Positions 42,301-54,115 of a stretch of DNA of 64,000 nucleotides are shown in pieces (position 1 is the stretch's first letter; each line of letters starts with the position of its first letter). Position numbers and translations under genes: made by a program. The stretch comes from Protoeuglena noctilucae (taxonomy: Eukaryota), in assembly GCA_958009085.1 (NCBI GenBank), contig OY253677.1, positions 744,001 to 808,000 on the forward strand, read 5' to 3'. The notes under the pieces were generated by a model, which searched no databases, was not told the origin of the DNA, and saw only the letters and a list, made by a program, of their open reading frames with translations.

Positions 42301-45300
42301 TGCGTGGCGGCGCTGCGGTCCGGGATGGGGGGTATGGGGGGCCAGACGCACGCGACAGGCGTGGTGTCGAACACGGCGAGCCCCGTTTGGAGCGAGTCGC
42401 TGAGATTCGAACCCGCGCAGCTGGGTGACACGCTGGAGGCGACGGTGATGCGCAAGCGGCGGGGGCGAAGCTCCAAGGCCATCGGCAGCGTGTCGGTACC
42501 TTTGGCGAACTTAGCGGACGGCATGCCTAGGTATGCATGGCTGCCCCTCACTGCGCGCGAGCGGGGGGCCGGCGAGGGTGGCGGGGACGGCGGCGTGGGC
42601 CGCGTGATGGAGACGGGGGAGCTTCATTTGCGCCTGCGTTGGCGCGACGACGTTGCTGAGGAGGATTCTGGCACGGTGGTGATTGAGGCGGTGCTGGGTG
42701 GGGTGGGGCTGTTGGTGGTGGACAGTGGGATGTTGGATATGCACACGCGGACGCCCAGGGAGCTGGTGTACACGTCTCTGAGTGCGGTGGAGCTGACTTT
42801 GCGAAGGACGCCGACCAAGGAGACGCTGAGGGTGGCGGTGCAGGTGAGGGGTGGGTGTGTGGGTGTGTTTGGAGACGCTGAGAGTAGCAGTGCAGTGAGG
42901 ACGAGAGATTGGGTAGGACTGGGGTTGTGCTTACTGTTCCATCACACGTACCTATCACATAACCCCCGCCCCTTCTACACACAGTCCATCCAAGTCGACA
43001 ACCAGCTCCTGTCCTCCGGCCACCCCGTCATGCTCGGCCGCTCCGCCCACGCCTACGCCCTCCCCCGCGCCGCCGCCGACGTCCCCGGACTGTCAGAAAC
43101 GTCCGCGGGTAAACCCTACCGCCAAATTGCGGAGGCGGAGGCGGCCGTTCCCCCGATGCTGGAAGTGCGGTGGGACCGGCAATTCACCAACCCCACCATC
43201 CAGTTCTTCAAGCTCTTCACCGTCGTCATACTGGCAAGTGATGGTACTACTGTGTATATCCATAGTAATTGTTGTTGTTGCTCGGTATATTATGGACATA
43301 CTGACATAGAAGATTTCATTTACGTTAGTTACAAGCGACTGGTCTCGCAAATTTTTTGCTTATCGTATTACTTACACAATTATATTATTACTACGCAGGA
43401 GATGGACCTGGTGGTGGAGGAGGAGTTGATTGACGCGGTGGTGTCGATGGGGGCGCGGCTGCCATGGGACGATCTGTGGCAGGGGAGGGGGGGGGGGAAG
43501 ACAACGAAGGCGCCGGGGCAAGAACTGCAGGTGAGAGATGAGGGATGGGTGGGTGGTGGGAGAGAGAGAGAGATGTAGAGTAGCAGGGCAGTCCACTCAC
43601 CCCCACTCCCACCCTCACTGCCACCGCCACCCTTGCTGCCACTGCCACCACCACCCCCATTGCCACCCCCACTGCTACCCTCACCCTCACCCCTACCCTC
43701 ACCCTCACTGCTACCCCCACTCACCCCCACTCGCTCACCCTCACAACAACCCCCCCCCATCTCTCCCCTTCTCAGTCCCTAATCGAGCGCCTGGCCTCCT
43801 CGGGCGACGTCTCGGCCGCCGACCTGAGCCCCCGGAAATACTACTTCGAGCTATTCCTCATCCTCCCCATCCGCGTGAATATTTCCGTGGTGCCCTACGC
43901 CGCCGGCCGGGGCGCCAACGCAGGATTGGACTATCTCACAGACCCCCGCCTGGGATCGGCCATGCGACTGTTCCGGTCCCTGGGCATCAATCTGCTGGAT
44001 ATCGATAACGTGCCGGTCCACATCGGGGTGCTGGAGCTTCGCAACGTGATGCCCGACCACCGGCAGCTGATGAACGACATGTGCCAATTCTACCAGAGTC
44101 AGGCGATCCACGAGGTGTACAAGGTTCTGGGAACCGTCGACATCCTCGCGCCGGTCAGTTTCGTGGCGAACGTCTCCTACGGCGTGCTCTCGCTGTTTCT
44201 GGCGAGCAAAGAGGGCAGCGCGCGGTCGGTGGCGCTGGCCCTTGCCGAGGGGACCGGGTCGCTCATGAAGAGCAGCGTGTACGGGACCTGCTTGACCGCG
44301 GGGCAGATGGTGGACGGATTCGCGAAAGGGTTCTCGATGCTGGCGTTAGACGATCAATACCTGCTGCGGTCGCGCCGGCGGCCGACGGGCGTGCTGTCGG
44401 GGCTGTCGCTGGGGGCCCAGGACCTCGTGTCGGGTGAGGGAGGGTGGTTTATCATATTTAGCATATTTATGATGTGAGTATATGATAGGTGGGGGTATTG
44501 GTGGTAATGGATGTGATGGGTTGAGTGTCACACATGTGGGGCTGCGGTCAAGTGTACTGTAGAATGCCATACTTACACATCCATTATATTGATTACAAAT
44601 TACCATATAAAGTATTTACCATTTCATATTCAACCACCCCACCGCAGGCTTCGTGGACGGCGTGGCGGGGCTGGTCAAGGCACCGCTCGTGGGCGCAGAG
44701 AAGGCAGGGACGGTGGGCTTTGCCCGGGGGCTGCCGACAGGTGTCCTCGGCATCGCATTCAAGCCCGTCTCTGGCGTTCTGGAGTTCACGAGCAAGGCGG
44801 TGGCGGGGGTGGCGGCCTCCGTGCAGCGACTGGGGGTGCGGGGGCGACCTGGGGCGCCAGAATCGGTGTCAGAGCTCTCCCGCGCCCGCAACCCGCGCGT
44901 GGGGATGGTCGGGGCGCATCTCGGGTCGAACGAGACTCTGTGTGCCAAGTGGACGGAGGTGGTGCGGCGCGTGAGGGCGGGGAGGTACAGGACAGAGCAC
45001 GTTGTGGATTTCCTGCAAAACAAGCCCAACAAGGCGGTTTTGCTAACCAACGACCGCGTGGTGTACTTGAATCTCAAGAAGCGGCAGGTCCGGTGGACGG
45101 CGCGGTACGGGAGGTGAGGGGGGTGGGTGGGGTATGGGTGGTGGTGGTGGGGTGGAGTTGGTTGGTGTGTGATGTAGTGTGTAGCTGTGGCATGTTGAGT
45201 GGTGTGTGGAGGTTTGTGCATGGCTTACCGGCACTGCCACCCCCACTGCTACCCGCACCCTCACTGCCACCTTCACTCCCACCATCACTGCTACCCCCAC

Positions 45301-46702
45301 TGCCACCCTCACTGCCACCCTCACACTGGTACCCCCAGCCCTACCCCCACCCCTCTCCCCCCTTGCAGCATCTCCCAAGTGCAGACGTTCGGCCTGGCTT
45401 TGGTGCTCCTCTGCCGCGTGCACTACCGTCGCCTGCACATGACCATGCCTCGCAAGCGTATGCTGGTGTGCCAGACGCGGGAGCTGCAGAACTCACTGCT
45501 CGCCAAGCTCACGCTCATGATGGAGGGGGCGGTGAGTGGAACAAGATGAGGGGTTTGCATCACTGTTCACCATCTCACGAGTACAGTGGGATACTATCAC
45601 CCACTGTCGTGTTCCTTATCGCCGTTCCATCCTTATCAGTATCACTGATATACGCCACAATGTAACCAAATCCCTTTCTCGATCTCTCCAATCGCAGAGC
45701 TCTGGCTCCCCCAGCACCGGCGTGGTCCCCCGCGACACGCCCCAATCTGACACCGAATCTGGCGCCGAGTCAGGCACGGACATCCCGGACGACGTCGACC
45801 TGAGCATCATGATGAAGGACCCGAGCACAATGCTGCAGATTGGAGCAGCACGTTCCTCGGCCCACACCGCCGCCACCTCCGCCACCACCCCGTCCGCCCC
45901 CACCGTCGCCCCCACCCTCACGGCCAGCCCCGGGGGGTCGCCGGGGGTCGCCAGCGCCTCGCCCGCGCGCAATGCGGCGGGTGCGAGGAGCCTGCCTCGG
46001 TCCGCACCCCTGTCGCAGCCGCAGCAGTCGGGGTCAGGTGCGGCGCGTGGGCGGGGGCTGCCGACGGTCCGGGAGGACTCGGTTGGTGTCGCGGGGTCGG
46101 ACGGAGCCGCGTCTCCGCAGCCGCGGCGCCTGGAGGGAGAGCTGCGGGCGGCGGCGGGGCGCGGGGTGACGGCGTCGCCACTGTCCGGGAAGCGCACGGT
46201 GGGGCAGCGCGTCCGGGGCCTTTTCTCTCGGAGGTCGCGGGAGGTGGCGGGCGGGGCGGAGGCGGCGCACGAGGGCGGCGGGGAGGCGAGCGGGGGCGAG
46301 GGGGTGTCGGAGCGGCGGGCGGTGCGGCGGGGTGCGGGTGCGGGTGTGGGTGCGGGTGCGGTAACCAGCGGGGGTGCGGGAGGGGATGAGGGTGCGGCTG
46401 CGGCACTGGAGGCGCGGCTGAATGCCCTGGAAAGCGTGGCGGGCGCCGCGGGGGACGGCCCGATGCCCCCAGCTGAGGCGGAGGCGTTGGGTCACGCGTT
46501 GCGGGTGCTGTGCGCGATGTGCGTGGAGGCTCTGGATGGGGACGAGGTGCGGGCGCCGCCTGGGTCCCGCGGGGCCCGGCAGTTCCTGGCGTCTATAAAT
46601 GAGTGGGCGCGGCGGCTGGGGCTTATGGGGGAGAGTCCCGGGCCCGCGCTGGCCACGATCCGGGCGCTGTGTGGGGCCACGAGGCGGGCCATGCTCGGGT
46701 GA
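24312..46702 (+). CDS. VPS13: VPS13-family bridge-like lipid transfer protein with two inserted C2 domains; many exons, spans an assembly gap
   Basis: YQRYRQVRP..QWWAHA, VRFLNSAIDQMEHLIEPW, VAB-like repeats (PRYTLHNR, FHWP, PPYRIENR, YAWDEP, DGPTRVL), SIQVDNQL, EVYKVLGTVDIL, ATG2_C-like GLVKAPLVGAEKAG..GFARG..KPVSG, and a PH-like VLLTNDRV. Confidence 0.9.
29289..29488. other. Assembly gap (200 N) inside VPS13
   Basis: Run of N. Confidence 0.99.
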
Positions 46703-47920
46703 GGGGTGGAGTGGGGCGGTGGTGGAGTGGGGTGGTGGTGCAGGGGTGCAGGGGTGGAGTGGTGCTGGGTGGAGGGGTGGAGGGGTGGAGTGGGGCGGTG
46801 GTGCAGGGGTGGAGTGGGGCAGAGGTGGCGGTGCTGGGTCAGGTTGCTTACGATGATGCGTGCGACATTGGGCTGAGAGGGGCTGGCCTGAGGCATGCGT
46901 GATTGGTGATCCTAAGGGCCAGATCGTGATGCGTTGTTTGACTGCTTGAAGGATTCTACCCTCTGTTTGAGGGCGGAACTCGTACCACCGCCGCTGCTGT
47001 GTTTCCTGATGCTGCGCATCCTAGCTTTTGTCCCTTTTCCCAGAGAGCGGCGCTTTCTCGCTTTTAGTATACCCTCTCCGCTAAGCGACTTCTCGTGACA
47101 AAGTGTAGTTGCCCCATCCTATCTCATAGATTGGTCCGTCCGACCTATTAAAACGCAAATGTGTGGGTGTCCTCATCCATCCTCTCGCCACGCGACATGT
47201 GCGGTAACCAAAGATGCTGTCATGCTATCATGTGAAAGCGTGGAGGTGGCCCGGCCCTCGGAGATACGCCGATGACCCTGCGCGAGAGAAGGGCGTATTC
47301 GGAAAACACGTGCACCGCAAGACATGCGGCGCTGGGCCCGCCACGTTGTGCAGACTCGCCTGAGGACTTTTGTCCGTGATGTGTCAATGATCCGAGGCCT
47401 GAACTGAGGGCTGCGGGCGGGGAGGGGGCAGATGTCTCGGCCGAGCCTGTGCGCGACGACAGCGGCCCGTGCGCGCGCGCGATGGGACCGCCAGACGTCA
47501 GATACCAAAGATATTGCTATAATATACATGGCGGCGCTCACGTTTCGCGATGAGCCTCAGGAGGAGGAGCAAGCACAGCGCTGCAACGACACCCAGCACT
47601 GCTGAACGCGTTGACACCATCACGTCCCTCCCATCAGCCCAACACGCGGCGGTCAGGTCCTGAAACCGAGCCAGATAGCGACTGGATGACAACGCTGCGT
47701 GTGTTTCACCGTCGGCCCCGCAACAAGGATGACCCAGGTCATACCGACAGACCATCGGCCGTGCTGGCTTGGCTTTCAACAAATCCCAAGCCTCGCCGGC
47801 CATGTAGCTGAAGACATGCTGCGCTTGGTAACCCAATCAAAGGTCAAACGAAAGGTCAACGACAGGCGACGCCCGTGCATGCACAAGGTGGCTTTTGCGA
47901 CGTCGTGAAAATCGACCCGC

Positions 47921-49099
47921 TCAGCAGCCGCTCTGGGATCCCGACCCACACCCCGACACGGTGCACCCGCTGTGCGCGAGGGTGCTGATGTACAGGCCGT
48001 ACTGCTTGCAGTCACGAATGACCACGTTGCGCACCTCCGCATGCCCGCCCTCCTCACAAAGCACGCCGTGACATTCTTTGGACCCCGTGATGCGCCCACC
48101 ATGTACAATTACCCTGCTGCCACGCCAATCGCAATCAATGCAACTCAGCTTGCAGTCTGCGATCTCTACGCCTCGCATCTCAACCTCCCCTCCATCACCG
48201 CAGCCCAGCCCAATGCCCTCCTTAGACCCCATGATGCGACCCCCCTGCATAACCACTCTGCTGCCTCGGTACTGACAGACCACGCCGTTCTGCATGCAGT
48301 CTGCCAGCTCCACCTCTATCAGCTCCACCTGCCCGCCCTCCGTGCAATGCACCCCGTCCATCCCTACAGGCCCTGTTACGCACCCTCCCTGTACCACCAC
48401 GTAGCTTCCACGGCTAAAACACCCTATCCCTGACATGGGTGCGTCTGTCACTTGCGTGTCCACCAGCGTTACATGCCCGCCCTCCCTGCAACACACCCCC
48501 GTCCCCACCACCCGCACACCCTCCAGACGCAGCTCCCCGCCCCTTCTGGCCTTTAAAGCAAACAGGGTTTCCACTTTTCGTTCCGAACTTAACATCCGCA
48601 GCGTCCCGTTGCGGATCGTTGCCATCTTGTTTGCACCTTTCACCTCCACTTCCCGTGTCAGTTCCACCTCTTGACCCCCAAGGTCCACCTCTCCACCCCT
48701 CGCCACTGCATTTGCAATCTCAGCGTCCGTCCACACCCTCACTGCCCTGCCTGCGGCTGACACCCTCACCGACCCCACCAGCCCTGCCGGCCCCGTCACT
48801 GCCGGCCCGAGAAACCCCATCGCCGCCCTCTCCGCCGCCCGCACCCTCGCCTCCACCACCGCCCACTCCAGCCGTGCGCCCCCCACCCCCGCCGTCCCCG
48901 CCGCCGCCTCCCACGCCGCCCTGCGCCGCACCTCGCTCGGCTGCCCCAGCACGTGCACCAGCGCCACCCACCGCTCCTCCGTCCCCACCTCCTCCCGCTC
49001 CCCCGCCCCACCCTCGCCATCGTGCCCCGCAACCAGCAAGTCCCTCCCCCGGCCCCCCGCGCTCCTCGCCCCGGCGCCGGCACGCCTCGCCTCGTCCAT
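47921..49099 (-). CDS. Right-handed parallel beta-helix repeat protein, copy 2 (kinase-less, intact 392 aa)
   Basis: Single ORF with three 48-aa repeats (..GG.I.GSKE..G..C..GG..E...V.I.DC....). Confidence 0.8.
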   Translation of the reverse strand: MDEARRAGAGARSAGGRGRDLLVAGHDGEGGAGEREEVGTEERWVALVHVLGQPSEVRRRAAWEAAAGTAGVGGARLEWAVVEARVRAAERAAMGFLGPAVTGPAGLVGSVRVSAAGRAVRVWTDAEIANAVARGGEVDLGGQEVELTREVEVKGANKMATIRNGTLRMLSSERKVETLFALKARRGGELRLEGVRVVGTGVCCREGGHVTLVDTQVTDAPMSGIGCFSRGSYVVVQGGCVTGPVGMDGVHCTEGGQVELIEVELADCMQNGVVCQYRGSRVVMQGGRIMGSKEGIGLGCGDGGEVEMRGVEIADCKLSCIDCDWRGSRVIVHGGRITGSKECHGVLCEEGGHAEVRNVVIRDCKQYGLYISTLAHSGCTVSGCGSGSQSGC

Positions 49100-49795
49100 C
49101 GCTCACTGCAGCACACACCGACGGCGCGCAGGGTCGCCGGCCGGGGCTGCAGCGAGGTCGAGCGATAGCAGTGACATCGTATCATTCGCATTACAAGATC
49201 GCAGGACCCCCATTGCCACCACCGCGGCGCCGGACCAGCCAATGCCGACTGCCCTGCAGTACACAGCTTGCCTAGCCCCGCTGGGCCTGCATCCGAGGCC
49301 AGGCTCGCATGCACATGCCACCACGCCCTCGCACACGTCGCGCTACACTCGCTGCGCTCAACCATCCCCGTCCGCGCGCAAACTGCGGGTCCCACTCTCT
49401 CTTTCCACGCACTGCACCTCCCGGACGGCGCGCGGGCCATTCCCGCTGCCGCGCGAGCCTCCGAGGCCGACCGTTGCGACACACCGCATCGACTAATCCC
49501 TCCCCGCTCGCCTTCCGATGCCGCTGCCCGTCGCAGGCTGCTGCTGCCTCGTTGCTGCCTCGCGGCGCGATGCGCGGTCTCCGGCTCGATGTGACGCGAC
49601 CTGACCCGCGACGCCGATGCTGATGCGACTCCCAAAGGTGAGGATAAGCCCGAGAGATCACCTGCAGCGCCCGTCAGCCTGACTGGCGACGCCAGGAGCG
49701 GGGCCAAGTGTGTCAGGCACCTTCTGCTCACACGCTCACCCTCCGCAGCTGGGTGCGGCAGGCTGGATGCGAGGCAAGCGATCTGCGGAAGCCAT
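49100..49795. repeat. Second copy of the 0.7-kb upstream segment
   Basis: Aligns by eye with 16766-17455. Confidence 0.9.
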
Positions 49796-50035
49796 CACAG
49801 GCCCAGCATTGCCCGGCCTTGCCAGCCTTGCAACATGGCCAATATGTATAGCACGTTGCCATGCTAAGCGAGTGGTGTGGACCCGCTTGCCCGGCCGACG
49901 TCGGCGCCGTGGGGTCGGTCGAGTGTGTGGAGAGGCGAAGCTTTTCTGGTCTGCCCTCTGGCGTCTCAGATGTCGTCTGGCATGCTTCAAAGCTCGCATG
50001 TGCTGCCGCCGCCGCTGCTGCTGCTGCTCTGCGGC

Positions 50036-50430
50036 TGCGATGCGCCTCCAGCCCAACACCTCCGCCGCCTGTCCCACACCTCATGCCACTCTACGCCACG
50101 CCTGCACCCGTCTACCCCTGCGCTTGACCATGACGTGCCTGTGCCTCTTCAAACCATCCACGCGCAAGTTGCCCCATGCACCGGCACGCAGGCATCCCGA
50201 CCAGCCATGCTGCAAGCTCTCTGTCGCTCTGCGCTATCAGTTGCCCGACCTAGCTGACGTCTGCGATGCGCCTCCAGCCCAACGCCTCCGCCGCCTTCCC
50301 CGCACCTCGTGGAGCCACCCTACGCCACAGCTGCACCCATCTGCTCTTGCGCGTGACCATCACGTGCCTGTGTGTGCTCCAACCATCCACACACGCGCTG
50401 CTCACTGCACGAGAAACGCAGGCATCCAGA
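50036..50430. repeat. Diverged tandem duplication of about 226 bp, intergenic
   Basis: TGCGATGCGCCTCCAGCCCAAC.CCTCCGCCGCC at 50036 and 50262, with continuing similarity. Confidence 0.75.
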
Positions 50431-50727
50431 CCAGCCTCCCGGCAAACTTTCTTTCCGTCCGCGCTTCCAGTCGCCCAGCCTAGCCGACGTCTTTCCGCAC
50501 CTCTCCTGCACGCACCTGCGCACCAAACTGGCACTCATGGTGAGCAGACCAGCGGCAGGAATGGCTCAGGACCTTCGTTCCTAGCAGCCCAGCGTCGCCA
50601 TGCGCAGTCTGCACAGCACCCGCTGCCACTGCTGCTGTCATAAACACGCATGTGGCCACTGGCATGGACGCGCGACAAGACCATGCCTGGCTCAGCGCCA
50701 TGCATGCGCGTCCAACAGTGACCCTCT

Positions 50728-53349
50728 TCAGCAGTTGTAACGGGCTCCTTTCCCACACCCTGACACGGTGCATCCGCTGTGCCTGAGGGTGCTGATGTTG
50801 TCGCAGCAGAGGCCGTACTGCTGGCAGTCATGGATAACCACACCGTGCACCTCCGCATGCCCGCCCTGTTCACACGCCACCCCGTCAAAAAGCTTGGACC
50901 CCGTGATGCTTCCCCCCTGAATGACCACCTTGCTGCCTTGGCCATTACAGACCACACCACACTTCTTGCAGTCAGCGATCTCCACATCCCGCACCTCTGC
51001 CTGCCCACCTTCAGCGCAAGCCAGCCCACTACCTTCCTTGGACCCCGTGATGCTTCCCCCCTGAATGACCACCTTGCTGCCCTGGCCATGACCGGCCACA
51101 ACATACTTCTTGCAGTCGGCAATTACCACCTCCCGCATCTCCGCACGCCCGCCGTCTTGGCACTCCACCCCGTGTTGCTCCTTGGACCCCGTGATGCGTC
51201 CCCCCCCCACGACTACCCTGCTGCCCTGGCCAACGCTGAGCACGCCACACTGCTGGCAGTCGCCAATCTCCACCTCTATCAGCTCCACCTGCCCGCCCCT
51301 AAGGCAATATACCCCGTCACTCTCTTTTAACCCCATCACGCACCCTCCCTGCATCACCATCTTGCTTCCACGGCCCGAACAAAGCACCCCCGGACCGGGT
51401 GTGTCCGTCACGTGCGTATCCAGCAGGGTCACTCGCCCTCCCTCCGCGCAACACACCCCAGTCCCCACCACCCGCACACGCTCCAGACGCAGCTCCCCGC
51501 GTTCCGAAGCTCCCAAAATATGCATGCCTTCAGGGACAGGGCAAACCCCCCGCAGCGTCCCGTTGCGGATCGTTCCCACCGTGCCCGCTCCCACCACCCC
51601 CACAACATCCGTCAGCACGACCTCCGCTCCCCCCAGGTCCGCCTCTCCGCCCATCCTCACTGCTGCCACAACCTCCTTCTCCGTCCACACCTTTACAGAC
51701 CTGCCCGTACCAGACGCCCCCGCCGACCTGACCGGCCCTGCCAGCCCCGTCACTGCCGGTTGGACCGTCCTCATCGTCGCCCTCTCCGCCGCCCGCACCC
51801 TCGCCTCCACTTCCGCCCACTCCAGCCCCGCGCCCCTTGTCCCCGCCACCGCCTCCCACGCCGCCCTGCGCCGCACCTCGCTCGGCTGCCCCAGCACGTA
51901 CACCAGCGCCGCCCACCACGCCTCCGTCCCCTCCTCCGCCACGCTCACGCCCGCCAGCCCCCGCTGCACCCTCCCCACGCTCGCCAGCCGATCCCTGCAC
52001 ACAGCCACACCACACGCCGGCCCGTAACAGCCTCGCCACACCCAGATGCCATCATGTACATGCCATGCATGCCGCCACGCTCACTGCCAGCACAGACACC
52101 TCGCGACACCTCCCCCGGTCTCCCCCACCCCTAACCGGCTCTCCCTTGCCGCCCGCAGCATGTCCGCCACGCCCGTCCGCTCCCCCGGCTCGTTCACCAG
52201 TGCCCCCCGCACCGCCGACCGCAGCGGCTCCGGCACCGACGCCGGCACCTCCGGGAACCGCCCCAGCGCCACCACGTCCGCCATGATCTGCGCCACGCTC
52301 TTCGCCCCAAACAGCGCCTGCCCCGACGCCGCAAAGCACACCGTCGCTGCCGCCGCGTACGCATCCGACGCCGCCGTCGGCGCCCCCAGCTCCGAGTCCC
52401 ACTCCTCGGGCGCCAGGTACGGCGCACTGCCCGCCCCCGCACGCCCCGCGCCGCCGCGCCCGCTCAGCTGCGGGTCACACATGCAAACACCTCCGTCAGC
52501 CGCGCCCTTGCTGCCACGTTTTCACGCGCTGCGCTCCCCTTCTACGATCACGCTCCCACACACATGCACACCACCAGCCATCACCCACGCCCACCCCACC
52601 CGCACTCGCTCACCGGCGCCCCCATCCTCTCCGCCACCGTCGCCAGCCCGTAGTCCGCCACCACCGCCCCGCCCCCCTCCTCCACCAGCACGTTCCCCGG
52701 CTTCACGTCCCGGTGCACCACCCCCCGCTCGTGCAGCTCCGCCAGACCCCCCAGCACCTGCACCGCCACCTCCACCACCTCCTCCGCCCGCAGCCCCGCC
52801 CCACGCTCCGCGATCCGCCGCCCCAGCGACCCCCCCTCGTACAGCGGCATGACGACGTGCAGCTGTCCACCTCGCATCATGACGCCCAGCACCCTGCATG
52901 TGTAAGGGCAGCCGTGCCGCGTCACACCCTTTCTTCCCAGCCGCACTGACATGCGACATCCGACGCTCCCTGCCTCTTCCGACGCGCGCCATGCCGAACC
53001 GCACGCAACCAACCACGCCCCGCCGACAGCCACAGCCACAGCTGCAGCAAGCACCTCACGGGCACAGGTGCTTGCTGCCCTCGCATGCCGCCGCCATCCG
53101 CCGCAGCTACTCCCGTCCCCGCTCCAGCGCCTCCTTTTCCGACCCCTCCACCATGCCGATCATGTCCGCGTCCAGCCGCTTGACCGCCACGGCACCGGCG
53201 CGCCCCTTCCACCGGCCCCGGAACACCTCGCCCTGCCCGCCCCGCCCCAGCGACGCGCCTAGCTCCACCTCATCCTCCGCGATCACCCACTGCCCCTCCT
53301 GGTCCCCCGCGCTCCTCGCCCCGGCGCCGGCACGGCTTGCCCTGTCCAT
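50728..53349 (-). pseudogene. Ser/Thr kinase + beta-helix repeat gene, copy 3, with a nonsense codon in kinase helix C
   Basis: LGRGGQGEVFRG, VAVK, HRDVKPGNVLV, VADYGL, YLAPEEW, followed by the same linker and four 48-aa repeats. In-frame TAG at 53107-53109 (RE*LRRM). Confidence 0.78.
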
Positions 53350-54115
53350 CGCTCACTTGCTGCATGCACCGACGACGGCGCCCAGGGTTGCCGGCAAGGG
53401 CTGCAGCAAGACCGATCGTTCGTGCAAAGTGTTCCGATTTGCAGGACACGATCTCGGAACCTTCATCGCCACCGCGGCGTTGGACGAGCCAATGCACATG
53501 TTGTTGCAGCACACAGGCTGCCTTGGCGGTTTATAAACGATACCACACCTTCAGACAGGCTGCGCCGCACGTGTAAGATCCCCGTCCATGCGCAATCTGC
53601 TGGTTCATTTTACAAAGCACCTTTTCCGGGAATAACCCATACTGAGTGAGTGGGGATGAAGATACACGTCCGGCTATCTCCTGGACACAAAGATAGCCAA
53701 ACGAGCGCCGGCACCTCACCGGCGGCCCGCTCGGCTTCCGAGTGAGAAGCGAGAACGAGGCAGGCGTGTACAGCAAGGCGCCGCTTACACCCCAGGTGAC
53801 TTGAGGCAGCTTAGCTGTAGCAGCAAAGCCCACTCCTGCCACTTCCCAGCGGTCGCCGCATCCTACAACCTTTGAGCACCCAGTCTGCTCGGCAATGAAG
53901 GCATCCAGTGGACATCCTTCCTGCTCCGCGCTGGTGAAAGGGATGTCGTGCTGATGCGAGCTCGCGGGTGCCACCCGCGGCCGCGTTGCCGCTGGGGGGG
54001 CCACCCAGTGTTGCCTTTTGCCTCGATGCCACCCCAACCACGCCTGCGCTCCCATGTCATTGTAGCCCCTCTCGCCTCTGCAGACTTTCTGCACGTGAGG
54101 GCGTATTCCGCTAAC

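Noticed and set aside
31861..46702. Many long antisense and alternative-frame ORFs
   Set aside because: Expected from high GC content and scarce stop codons; translations are low-complexity Pro/Arg/Gly/Ala.
47173..47908. Short ORFs downstream of VPS13
   Set aside because: No recognisable motifs or consistent exon structure.
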